64,000 nucleotides of DNA, taken from IMG/VR virus record IMGVR_UViG_3300045974_000102, positions 1-64,000 of that record. One strand, 5' to 3'. The stretch comes from a virus. How positions within the stretch are numbered: position 1 is the stretch's first letter; every line of letters begins with the position of its first letter. This document shows, piece after piece, positions 1 through 8,284 of the stretch. The translations under genes and the position numbers were made by a program. The notes below the pieces were generated by a model. That model was not told the origin of the DNA. It saw only the letters and a list, made by a program, of their open reading frames with translations, and did not search any database.

Positions 1-280
1 TGTTAGTGGCGCTATGCTTGAACAAGGCATAACTATCTTTGATGGTGCATTAGAGTTTAGGATAGATGGATTCTATGGCACGAGACGTGCTGTTGATGCT
101 CCTAATCTACCTAAAAGTATATGTGACGCACTAAATGGTGTATTATATTATGATGATAGGCAAATTATTACTTGCATTACTACTAAGGATTATGATAAGC
201 TTAATCCTAGAATGGAACTGACGCTCAAGAGAGTGGCAGATACCCATCCTTTAGTTAATATAAAGAACTTAATAGGATGA
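1..280 (+). CDS. rusA: RusA-family Holliday junction resolvase (5' truncated)
   Basis: DAPNLPKSICDALNGVLYYDDRQI resembles the RusA D-x-D-N-x-x-K-x3-D-A-L...D-D-x-Q motif. The frame is open from position 2, so the real start probably lies upstream of the window. Confidence 0.8.
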   Translation, partial: VSGAMLEQGITIFDGALEFRIDGFYGTRRAVDAPNLPKSICDALNGVLYYDDRQIITCITTKDYDKLNPRMELTLKRVADTHPLVNIKNLIG

Positions 281-284
281 AGTA

Positions 285-1100
285 ATGAATTTAGAAAATC
301 TGTCTTATAATAAACGCAAGAGCAAGAAGCGAGAGTTTAATGAGTTTGGTAAAGTTACTACACTCATCAAGCAATATAAGATTTCTAATAAAGAAGTGGA
401 CTTGTTAGAAATCATACAAGCTCTTGAGGGCATTGTAAATACTTACACAATTATGCTAACCCCTGGTGATGTTAATCAACAGATTTATATCACGCCGTAT
501 ATGAAGAAGTTTCTTGGAATGTTTCTTACACCTGATGAGCGTTTAAATGCAAATATCGTTGCATATAATCAAGCCATTAGTCGTGTAAGATGGATTATGA
601 GACAGTATGAGTATGAGGATATTTACTCTCATATATTATGTATACTAATTCACACTATAAAGACAATGAAGATTGTTGGCACATGTGATTGTATATATTA
701 TATACAGTTGATTGTTAGATTTAAGTTGCATGATTTTGTAATAAAGAATGCTAAAGATGCTTGTGTAAATATTGCACAAATACCTACCAGTCATGAAGAG
801 GAAGAAGACCTTTCAGATGCAGCAGATAGAATAGCATGTTCAGCTGATATTGGTATTAATGAAAGAGAGCTTATTAATAGCTTTTATGATGAGCTTGATA
901 TATCTATTCTGGCAAGATATGATGATATATTTAAATGCTTAAGTAGATATGAGAAGTATCTTATCTATCTTAAAGATAGTATGCAACTAACAAATAGACA
1001 GATCATTACAATTCTTAGATTCGAAGACGATGAAGAACTAAGAGAAAGATTCGAGGACATAAGATTTAAGCTCGAACTAATCAATCAAGAGGGAGATTAA
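285..1100 (+). CDS. Putative phage sigma-70-like transcription factor
   Basis: Region-2-like YEDIYSHILCILIHTIK...YYIQLIVRFKLHDFVIK and region-4/HTH-like CLSRYEKYLIYLKDSMQLTNRQIITIL; 271 aa. Confidence 0.5.
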   Translation: MNLENLSYNKRKSKKREFNEFGKVTTLIKQYKISNKEVDLLEIIQALEGIVNTYTIMLTPGDVNQQIYITPYMKKFLGMFLTPDERLNANIVAYNQAISRVRWIMRQYEYEDIYSHILCILIHTIKTMKIVGTCDCIYYIQLIVRFKLHDFVIKNAKDACVNIAQIPTSHEEEEDLSDAADRIACSADIGINERELINSFYDELDISILARYDDIFKCLSRYEKYLIYLKDSMQLTNRQIITILRFEDDEELRERFEDIRFKLELINQEGD

Positions 1101-1103
1101 TAA

Positions 1104-1361
1104 ATGTCAGAAGATGTAATCACAGACGAAACTACTGAAGTAGCACCTGAGCAAGAAGAAGTTACACAGCTTGAGAAGTTTCAGGCTCTTGAACAGCAAT
1201 GTTATATCATGTATCTACAACTACATGCTCTAACAAAACTACTAACTGATAAGGAAGTCCTTACTCAGGATGAAATTTCAGAAGAGATGGAAGAGATGAA
1301 TAAGAACCTTGTTAATATGGTTACTGAAATTCTCGAAGAAGAAAAGAAAGCAAAAGTTTAA
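1104..1361 (+). CDS. Small acidic helical hypothetical protein
   Basis: 85 aa, Glu-rich ORF, with a GGAG RBS upstream and tight packing with neighbours. Confidence 0.7.
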   Translation: MSEDVITDETTEVAPEQEEVTQLEKFQALEQQCYIMYLQLHALTKLLTDKEVLTQDEISEEMEEMNKNLVNMVTEILEEEKKAKV

Positions 1362-1391
1362 TCTGTAATGATAATTTAATGTAATGGTATT

Positions 1392-1416
1392 GGGAGGTAG
1401 GTAACTGCCTCCCTTT
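1392..1416 (+). terminator. Hairpin / weak intrinsic terminator
   Basis: GGGAGGTAG-GTAA-CTGCCTCCC stem with a GNRA loop, followed by only TTT. Confidence 0.55.
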
Positions 1417-1435
1417 GCTGTCTCTGGAGTTTAGA

Positions 1436-1906
1436 ATGAATAAAGAAGTTGAGCAGGTTGAAGTGCCTGCTATGAAGTTTAGTAATAATGAGTTGCCAAG
1501 CTATGCACATGATTTTGATGCTGGATGTGACTGTAGAGCAAGTATTCGTGAGCCTGGTATAACTAGCATTGTTATTGGACCAGGAGAGATTAAGGTTGTG
1601 CCTCTAGGGTTTTCAGCTGCTATACCTGCTGGGTATATGGGCATGATTACACCGCGTAGTGGTCTTGCTGCTAAGTTTGGTATTGGTATATGTAATGCTC
1701 CTGGTATAATTGACACTGGATTTCGTGGAGAGTGGGGAGCTATTGTGATTAATCATAGTCGTAAGCCATTTGCTATTAATGATGGTGATAGAATATGCCA
1801 GCTTGTTATTGTGCCTTATGTTCAAGGTGTACTTAAAGAAGCTGATAGTCTTGAGCCTATGGATGAGCGTGGTAGAGATGGATTCGGAAGCACAGGGGTA
1901 AAATAA
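1436..1906 (+). CDS. dut: Trimeric dUTPase
   Basis: Motifs AGCDC, PRSGLA, GIIDTGFRGE, GDRICQL and RGRDGFGSTG. ATG at 1436 follows a GGAG RBS and is preferred over the TTG at 1415. Confidence 0.95.
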   Translation: MNKEVEQVEVPAMKFSNNELPSYAHDFDAGCDCRASIREPGITSIVIGPGEIKVVPLGFSAAIPAGYMGMITPRSGLAAKFGIGICNAPGIIDTGFRGEWGAIVINHSRKPFAINDGDRICQLVIVPYVQGVLKEADSLEPMDERGRDGFGSTGVK

Positions 1907-4143
1907 TGGAACTAACTGGAATTGCAAAACAGATTTATGAGTCTAAGTATAAAGGCACTGATGATAACAATGTAGTTGACACATGGAAGCGTGTAGCTTA
2001 TGCTATAGCTGGTGTTGAGAAGGACGGTAGCAGAGCTAAGTGGATGGCTGAGTTCTATGCTATGCTTAAAGACTTTAAAGTCCTTCCTGGTGGTAGAATA
2101 ACTGCAGGTGCAGGGACTAAGCACCCTTTCCTGCTTAACTGTGCCGTAGAGCCTATTACGGACTCAATAGAGGCTATATATGAAGCGATTAAACGATCTG
2201 CGATTCTTGCTAAGTCTAACTATGGTACTGGATTCAGTTTCAGTGCTCTTCGCCCTAAGAATGCTGGGCTTTCCGTCGGGGGTATTGCTTCTGGGCCTGT
2301 CTCCTTTATGCGGATCTTTGATACTAGTGGCAGCGTTATTGAAACTGGTGGTGGGCGTAGGGCTGCTAGTATGGGTGTACTCCGTGTAGATCATCCTGAT
2401 ATCTTTGAGTTCATTGATGCTAAAAGACAGGAGGGCATACTAACTCAGTTTAATATCTCTGTAGGTATTACAGATAAGTTTATGGATGCTGTGATGGAAG
2501 GTCTAGATTTCAACCTTGTCTTCAATGGTAAGATTTATCAGACAGTCAAGGCTGCTGATATTTGGAATAAGCTTGTGCATAGTGGCTATACTTATAATGA
2601 TCCTGGGCTTCTATTTATTGATGAGGTTAATAAGTATAACAATGGTCACTACATGTATGAGATTGAGGCTACTAATCCTTGCGGTGAGATACCTCTACCT
2701 CCACATGGTGTCTGTGATCTTGGGTCTATTAATCTAACTCAGTTTATTATGAGTCCTTTCAAAGAGATTTCTTCTATTGATACAGCAGGGCTTAAGAGAA
2801 CTATCCATACTCTTGTAAGGTTCTTGGATAATGTGCTTGATGTATCTAAGTATCCATTTGAAGAGAATAGACTTAGAGCTCAGGGTGATAGACGTCTTGG
2901 TCTATGTGGTATTGCCGGACTAGGGTCTGCTCTTGCTATGTTAGGCATGCCATATGATAGTGATGAAGCAAGAGAATTAGTTGGTGCGCTATGTAGACTT
3001 GTGCGTGATGAAGCATATAGAGCCTCTATTAATCTTGCTAAGGAGAAAGGTTCGTTTCCTAACTTTGATAAAGAGGAGTATCTTGAAGGGAACTTTATTC
3101 AAACTCTTCCTGAGGATATACAAGGGGACATAAGAAAATATGGGATACGCAATCTTGCTTTACTTACAGTGCCTCCTGTGGGCACAGGTAGTTTGCTTGC
3201 CGGTAATATATCTAATGGGCTTGAACCCATTTTCGCCTTGGAATATACTCGCAACGTTAGGAATCCAGATGGCACTAAGCGTGCTGAGCTTGTAGAGGAT
3301 TATGCTTGGGGACTGTATAAGAAAACTGGTGGCATTAATTATCTCGGTGCTGTATGTGATAAGATGCCTGCATTCTTTAAGACTGCTATGGAGATTGACC
3401 CTATTGACCATATCAAGATGCAAGCTGTAATCCAGAAGTATGTTGATGGGTCACTTAGTAAGACTGCTAATGTTCCTGCTTCATATACAAAGGAAGATTA
3501 TGAAAAACTATTATGGCTTGCTTATAGATCAGGACTTAAAGGCTTCACTACTTTCAGAGAAGGAAGCAGAGAAGCAGTCCTTGTTGCAACTCCAATACAA
3601 GCAGAACCAAGTGGGCAGGATATTAAAGTTGCAGCACCTAAAGAAGCAGTTACGAAATTTGCAAGACCTCGTGTCTTAGATGGTAAGACATACCAGATTA
3701 AAGAAGAAGGCAATCATCGGACTTATTGCACCATTAATTCTTATGAAGGTAAGCCATGGGAAATCTTCCTGTATAGCTCTTCAAGACATGGTGAGTGGTA
3801 TGCGGCTATCGGCAGATTAGCTTCACGTATCATGCGGAAGACTGGTGACTGGCAGGCTGTTATAGATGAGCTTAAAGAGATTGGTGGTGATAATGGATAT
3901 CTAACACCAGAGTATGGTTATATGCAAAGTAAGCCTCAGCATATAGCGCATATACTCGAGGAGTATGTAAGTGAGCTTAGCAAGGGATTACTCTGCTCGA
4001 GCGGAGAAGATGTGGGTTCAAAGCAAGATAGCAGGTGCAAACTCAGTGAAGGTCAGACGTGCCCGGAATGCGGCGAAAAAGAATTCCGCAAAGAAGGTGG
4101 CTGCAACAAGTGCTCTAGCTGTGGATACTCAACTTGTGGTTAA
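1906..4143 (+). CDS. nrdJ: Class II adenosylcobalamin-dependent ribonucleotide reductase with C-terminal TSCPD-like and Zn-ribbon domains
   Basis: PGGRI, LLNC, GGRRAASM, HPDIFEFI, ATNPCGEIPL and CDLGSINL motifs; C-terminal CPECG...EGGCNKCSSCGYSTC; no adjacent nrdB. Confidence 0.9.
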   Translation: MELTGIAKQIYESKYKGTDDNNVVDTWKRVAYAIAGVEKDGSRAKWMAEFYAMLKDFKVLPGGRITAGAGTKHPFLLNCAVEPITDSIEAIYEAIKRSAILAKSNYGTGFSFSALRPKNAGLSVGGIASGPVSFMRIFDTSGSVIETGGGRRAASMGVLRVDHPDIFEFIDAKRQEGILTQFNISVGITDKFMDAVMEGLDFNLVFNGKIYQTVKAADIWNKLVHSGYTYNDPGLLFIDEVNKYNNGHYMYEIEATNPCGEIPLPPHGVCDLGSINLTQFIMSPFKEISSIDTAGLKRTIHTLVRFLDNVLDVSKYPFEENRLRAQGDRRLGLCGIAGLGSALAMLGMPYDSDEARELVGALCRLVRDEAYRASINLAKEKGSFPNFDKEEYLEGNFIQTLPEDIQGDIRKYGIRNLALLTVPPVGTGSLLAGNISNGLEPIFALEYTRNVRNPDGTKRAELVEDYAWGLYKKTGGINYLGAVCDKMPAFFKTAMEIDPIDHIKMQAVIQKYVDGSLSKTANVPASYTKEDYEKLLWLAYRSGLKGFTTFREGSREAVLVATPIQAEPSGQDIKVAAPKEAVTKFARPRVLDGKTYQIKEEGNHRTYCTINSYEGKPWEIFLYSSSRHGEWYAAIGRLASRIMRKTGDWQAVIDELKEIGGDNGYLTPEYGYMQSKPQHIAHILEEYVSELSKGLLCSSGEDVGSKQDSRCKLSEGQTCPECGEKEFRKEGGCNKCSSCGYSTCG

Positions 4144-4159
4144 TAACACAGTAAATACT

Positions 4160-4184
4160 AAGAGCTCTGTTTAACAGAGCTCTT
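4160..4184. repeat. Perfect inverted repeat (12 bp arms), possible terminator or operator
   Basis: AAGAGCTCTGTT-T-AACAGAGCTCTT between nrdJ and the glycosyltransferase gene. Confidence 0.75.
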
Positions 4185-4211
4185 GGTCAACTTTAGTGGA
4201 GGTATGTTAAA

Positions 4212-5222
4212 TTGAAAACATTATTCGTATTAAAGAAGAGACCTATTAAGCCTAATTGCAACTATATAGGATCTTCTACTGGGCTTTATAACTCAGTAAG
4301 CTTTATCACTGGTCTTTTATCGTCATATAATATGGCCAATAAAATGGTTATTGTTAATGATAACAATGATATTGATAGAGAGGTAACATCGTATAAACCT
4401 GATACTGTTATTATTGAAGCTCTATGGGTTACTCCAGAAAAGTTTGGTGTCCTAACTAAGTTGCATCCTAATGTAAAATGGGTTGTTAGACTTCATAGTG
4501 AGATACCATTCTTGGCAATGGAAGGCATTTCAATCGAGTGGATTAAAAAGTATTATAAGTATACTAATGTGCATGTAGCATCTAATAGTTTAAGAGCATG
4601 TGCTGACCTTAGATGTTTAATAGGTGAAGAAGTATTCTATCTACCAAATTATTATCCAATTGATGATTCAGTAGTTAGACCTTTTAGGACAAATTTTACA
4701 GAGCATAATATTATTAATATATCTTGCTTTGGTGCTATTCGTCCATTTAAGAATCAAATCTCTCAAGCAATAGCAGCGATTAAAGTAGCAGAGAGACTTC
4801 ATAGAAAATTAAAGTTCCATATTAATGCTACACGCATTGAACAGAATGGTAATAGTATCTATAAGAATCTTGTTAGTCTATTTGCTGATAGTAAACATGA
4901 GCTTGTTGAGTGGGATTGGCTAAGGCATGAACTTTTCTTAAATGTTGTTAGGAATAATATTGATGTTGGCATGCAGGTCTCATTCTCTGAGACTTACAAT
5001 ATTGTAGCTGCAGACCATATTAATATGAATATACCTGTAGTATCTTCTGATGAAATTGGCTTTGTTAGTTCTATTTTCAAAGCTAATCCTACTGATCTCA
5101 AAGATATCGAAGATAAGCTTTATAGAACTGTATTGCTGATGGGAGATGAGATTAATAGCTGGAATAAAATATTGTTACAGAAGCAAAATGAAACATGTAT
5201 TGCAGCATGGGGTTGTATCTAA
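4212..5222 (+). CDS. GT-B fold glycosyltransferase (GT4-like)
   Basis: FGAIRPFKNQ and QVSFSETYNIVAAD...PVVSS resemble GT4 nucleotide-sugar-binding motifs; TTG start with GGAGGT RBS. Confidence 0.75.
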   Translation: MKTLFVLKKRPIKPNCNYIGSSTGLYNSVSFITGLLSSYNMANKMVIVNDNNDIDREVTSYKPDTVIIEALWVTPEKFGVLTKLHPNVKWVVRLHSEIPFLAMEGISIEWIKKYYKYTNVHVASNSLRACADLRCLIGEEVFYLPNYYPIDDSVVRPFRTNFTEHNIINISCFGAIRPFKNQISQAIAAIKVAERLHRKLKFHINATRIEQNGNSIYKNLVSLFADSKHELVEWDWLRHELFLNVVRNNIDVGMQVSFSETYNIVAADHINMNIPVVSSDEIGFVSSIFKANPTDLKDIEDKLYRTVLLMGDEINSWNKILLQKQNETCIAAWGCI

Positions 5223-5226
5223 GAGA

Positions 5227-5250
5227 AAAGGCCAGAGAGATCTGGCCTTT
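5227..5250. terminator. Bidirectional intrinsic terminator
   Basis: AAAGGCCAGA-GAGA-TCTGGCCTTT lies exactly between the convergent + and - gene blocks. Confidence 0.85.
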
Positions 5251-5253
5251 ATC

Positions 5254-5859
5254 TTATTCAAACTTATATGAGATGTCTATCATTGCTTTACCAACTGCAT
5301 TGTTGCTTGTTGTTCCTGTGCTAGCCGAGCCTTCTACATAAGCTCCTAAGTAAGTTTTGCCTGCTCTGACGAATTGCCACCTACCATAAATATCACCTGT
5401 AGTCCCATTGTTAGATACACCAGCTCTTATACCAATTTCTTTTTCATTTGGAAAGCCGAAGAATGGTCTTTCCTTTTCTTTAGCTATAATATTACCTACG
5501 CCAGTCTCTGTGTTTAAGGTGCCTACAACTGAGTATCCGCCCTTTGAAGGTTTTAGGTCAGCATTAGCTATGGCTTGTTCATTCTTATTTGTTGCAAACC
5601 ATTCTGGAAGCTTTAGTTTCTCTACTATAACTTTCTTTTCTATTGTTATAATTTCCTTAGGTCCAGGCACTGGAACTCTTACAATCTTTGTTACTAACTT
5701 TTCTTCTGGGACCTTAATGTATTCTTTAGTAGTAACTGGATTGACTGGCTTATACCAGTTGTAAACTGATGATCCAATAGCTAATGCAGCTATGATAATC
5801 AGTGCCACTTTAATCTTGTCCCAAGCATTAACCTTATCTCTGATATCCTGTAAGCCCAT
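5254..5859 (-). CDS. Membrane-anchored lysis protein, spanin candidate
   Basis: N-terminal TM (VALIIIAALAIGSSVY), an extended linker, and C-terminal amphipathic beta-strands ending DISYKFE; directly follows the endolysin. Confidence 0.5.
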   Translation of the reverse strand: MGLQDIRDKVNAWDKIKVALIIIAALAIGSSVYNWYKPVNPVTTKEYIKVPEEKLVTKIVRVPVPGPKEIITIEKKVIVEKLKLPEWFATNKNEQAIANADLKPSKGGYSVVGTLNTETGVGNIIAKEKERPFFGFPNEKEIGIRAGVSNNGTTGDIYGRWQFVRAGKTYLGAYVEGSASTGTTSNNAVGKAMIDISYKFE

Positions 5860-5862
5860 AGC

Positions 5863-6450
5863 TTACCTCACTCTAATAAACCCTAGCACTTTAAACTTTG
5901 CTAGGTCTATCTTTCTTGTTTTATAAGCAGTGCCATCACCATTAGCTTGGTTACCGCTATCACCTGCATATGTATTGCCTTCGAATGTTTTAAATGTGGA
6001 TTTGTTTAGTTGTGATACAAGTATCCCTGTGTGCCCAGAGAAGCTACCATCTTTTGAAATACCGCTATGGATCCATATCGGTGTATCTGCTGGCTCTAGT
6101 GATACTCCCATTAAAACTTGGCTCGGTTGTAATACTTTAAATGTTAACGGCCTCTTACTTGCATATCTATAGTATATAGAGCATCCACCTGTCTGTGGCA
6201 CTGGGTTTTGTATATGCAATCTTTGTGAAGAGTCTAACCATACATTATAAACTAATGCCATGCACCAGCTCTGACCTGGAGGCAATCCTGTCCTCTTAAG
6301 TATAGTCTCTACGGCCTCACCGCGATTATATCCTACCTCTTTAACTCCCTCATATTTCTTTAACTCCACTAATACTTGGTTGTGTATAGGAGCGGCATAG
6401 GCTATAGTTGTTAACAGTGTCAGCACTAAGAGCATAAGCAGTCGTTTCAT
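5863..6450 (-). CDS. CHAP-family endolysin with signal peptide
   Basis: Catalytic WCMALV, GHTGI and FEGNT motifs; N-terminal MKRLLMLLVLTLLTTIAYA signal peptide. Confidence 0.85.
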   Translation of the reverse strand: MKRLLMLLVLTLLTTIAYAAPIHNQVLVELKKYEGVKEVGYNRGEAVETILKRTGLPPGQSWCMALVYNVWLDSSQRLHIQNPVPQTGGCSIYYRYASKRPLTFKVLQPSQVLMGVSLEPADTPIWIHSGISKDGSFSGHTGILVSQLNKSTFKTFEGNTYAGDSGNQANGDGTAYKTRKIDLAKFKVLGFIRVR

Positions 6451-6463
6451 AATGCCTCCTTAT

Positions 6464-6796
6464 TTAAATGCCTCCACAAGCGAAGCCAAGGCCTATTAGA
6501 AAGCCTGCAATTAAAATAGCAAGCGCTAGGTTGTGTTCTTCTTTAACTTCCTTTACAACGTCAATTTGAGGGCCCATGAGTGCTTTTAGAAATACAACTG
6601 ATGATGCTACATATACCGATGACTTCATTAGCACGCCTGATACAATTTCAAATGGTATAAAGCCGAACTGAGTTGCTATAAGCGTTACTATACCAGTTAG
6701 AGCAATGTATCCAATGTTATAATGTGCCTCATTGAAGTTTCCGAACCATTTCATAATAATATTATTTAATAATAATGCTTTTATTTTTTCGAACAT
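6464..6796 (-). CDS. Holin-like multi-pass membrane protein (DUF350-like C-terminus)
   Basis: About 3 hydrophobic segments, including EEHNLALAILIAGFLIGLG; adjacent to the endolysin; ATG at 6796 has a GGGAG RBS. Confidence 0.55.
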   Translation of the reverse strand: MFEKIKALLLNNIIMKWFGNFNEAHYNIGYIALTGIVTLIATQFGFIPFEIVSGVLMKSSVYVASSVVFLKALMGPQIDVVKEVKEEHNLALAILIAGFLIGLGFACGGI

Positions 6797-7370
6797 GTTG
6801 ATCTCCCGAATAGTCTGCAAATGCTATTGGACTTAATATGCTATCAAGAATAGAGCTTCTCTTTTGTTTCTGGCCTTCTCTTTGCATGGTTGGTGTATCT
6901 ATAATTGGGTTGTTAGACTCTTGCGGTTGAATATGTATGGCGATCATGTAAAGCATATATAGGAGTAGCACTATAAACAGAGTCTTTCCTATCTCTACAC
7001 CAAAGCCCTCCATCTTGCCTTTAGATTTAGTAAGCTCTTCAAGCGAGCCTTCTATTCTTATAATTTTATTAGATATGTCTGTTAGCTGTGATAGTTCCAT
7101 TATTTTATTTTTTTGACATTGTTCATGACCATGTTCTAGCACGACAAATCTTCTATAAAGTTCATCATACTTATTCCATAGCTTATCCATTGAATCAAGA
7201 CGCGTATTAATTTCAGTTACTTTAAAGCCATCAGCAACTATCTTCTGTAGTAGTTGTTTTACTTCTACAAAGTCTTGACTAATAGAATTTACTGTTGAGT
7301 GCAAGGAAGCATAGTCTACTTCTACTTCTCTAATGCGACCCTCTAGGTGCTCATTCTCTTGTATTGACAT
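6762..7370 (-). CDS. Coiled-coil protein with single TM (holin/antiholin-like)
   Basis: Long heptad region followed by TLFIVLLLYMLYMIAI; located in the lysis cassette. Confidence 0.45.
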   Translation of the reverse strand: MSIQENEHLEGRIREVEVDYASLHSTVNSISQDFVEVKQLLQKIVADGFKVTEINTRLDSMDKLWNKYDELYRRFVVLEHGHEQCQKNKIMELSQLTDISNKIIRIEGSLEELTKSKGKMEGFGVEIGKTLFIVLLLYMLYMIAIHIQPQESNNPIIDTPTMQREGQKQKRSSILDSILSPIAFADYSGDQHVRKNKSIIIK

Positions 7371-7389
7371 TTAGACTACCGCCTTAAGC

Positions 7390-7689
7390 TTAATTTTCAT
7401 TGTATGCATAGCTGACACCTAGCTCAACAAATTTACTAAGAGCTTTCTTCTCTCTCTTTAAAGCAAATGTTAATTCAGTTTGCATTGCTAAAAGAACTTC
7501 ATTGGCTTCCATTATTTCTTTGCGCTGTGCTTCTATTTGTTCTTTGAGTGATTCGATAAGTCTGTCTTTGTCTTCACTCTGCTGTTTAATCTGGCCATGG
7601 AGCGTAAGTATCTCTTGATTTTTGCTGAATATTTGAGTAAGGTATTTCTGTTCTGATTCTACTGCTGTAATTGCTTCTAGTGTAACCAT
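7390..7689 (-). CDS. Small coiled-coil protein
   Basis: 99 aa heptad-rich ORF with AGGAG RBS. Confidence 0.65.
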   Translation of the reverse strand: MVTLEAITAVESEQKYLTQIFSKNQEILTLHGQIKQQSEDKDRLIESLKEQIEAQRKEIMEANEVLLAMQTELTFALKREKKALSKFVELGVSYAYNEN

Positions 7690-7734
7690 AGCTGTCTCCT
7701 GGCTAGTGTTTAATATATTGTTATTAACTTACTT

Positions 7735-8283
7735 TTACCATACTATTGCTTGAACTTCTTCTGTTGTTGTTGCAGCGTCTATTTGAGCATCTAAAGTTGT
7801 TTTCTTCTGATAAATGTATGCGCCATAAAGTTGTAGTTCAAGTATAAGCTGTCTTAAATCATTTGTTGTTAAATATGCTATCGAGTTATCAAAGCAAATA
7901 AATGGTATGCCAGAGGCTCCAGTAATTACCATGATGTCTAATAAATTTTTAGCATTATCAAGGTCTGTGCGTCTTGCATTTACTGTAATATTATTAGTGA
8001 GTCCTATTGTAGTGTAGTTAGCATTCTCTGAGATAAGTGCTATATCTCTTGCATATTTAATTTTACTATATTTCTTTTCTTTTTCTTCTTGTATATTAGG
8101 ACTTATTTCTATTATAATTGGTTCACCATCTACTACATGTGTAAAAGGATTATGGAAATCTGTATCAGGTATAGAAATATAATCTTGCCCATCTTGTAAA
8201 TTTAATATAACTGTGTCCTCTGATACTCCACTCATCTTTTTTTCTATAAAATTATTTATTGTATTGAATATTAAATATGTCAT
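7735..8283 (-). CDS. Tail fibre assembly protein, DUF4376-like
   Basis: KIKYARD...FICFDNSIAYLT...LRQL...IDAATTTEEVQAIVW pattern; directly after the fibre gene; ATG at 8283 has a GGAG RBS. Confidence 0.7.
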   Translation of the reverse strand: MTYLIFNTINNFIEKKMSGVSEDTVILNLQDGQDYISIPDTDFHNPFTHVVDGEPIIIEISPNIQEEKEKKYSKIKYARDIALISENANYTTIGLTNNITVNARRTDLDNAKNLLDIMVITGASGIPFICFDNSIAYLTTNDLRQLILELQLYGAYIYQKKTTLDAQIDAATTTEEVQAIVW

Positions 8284-8284
8284 C

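Noticed and set aside
1501-4174. Short alternative-frame and antisense ORFs within dut and nrdJ
   Set aside because: They are nested in well-conserved genes with no independent coding signals.
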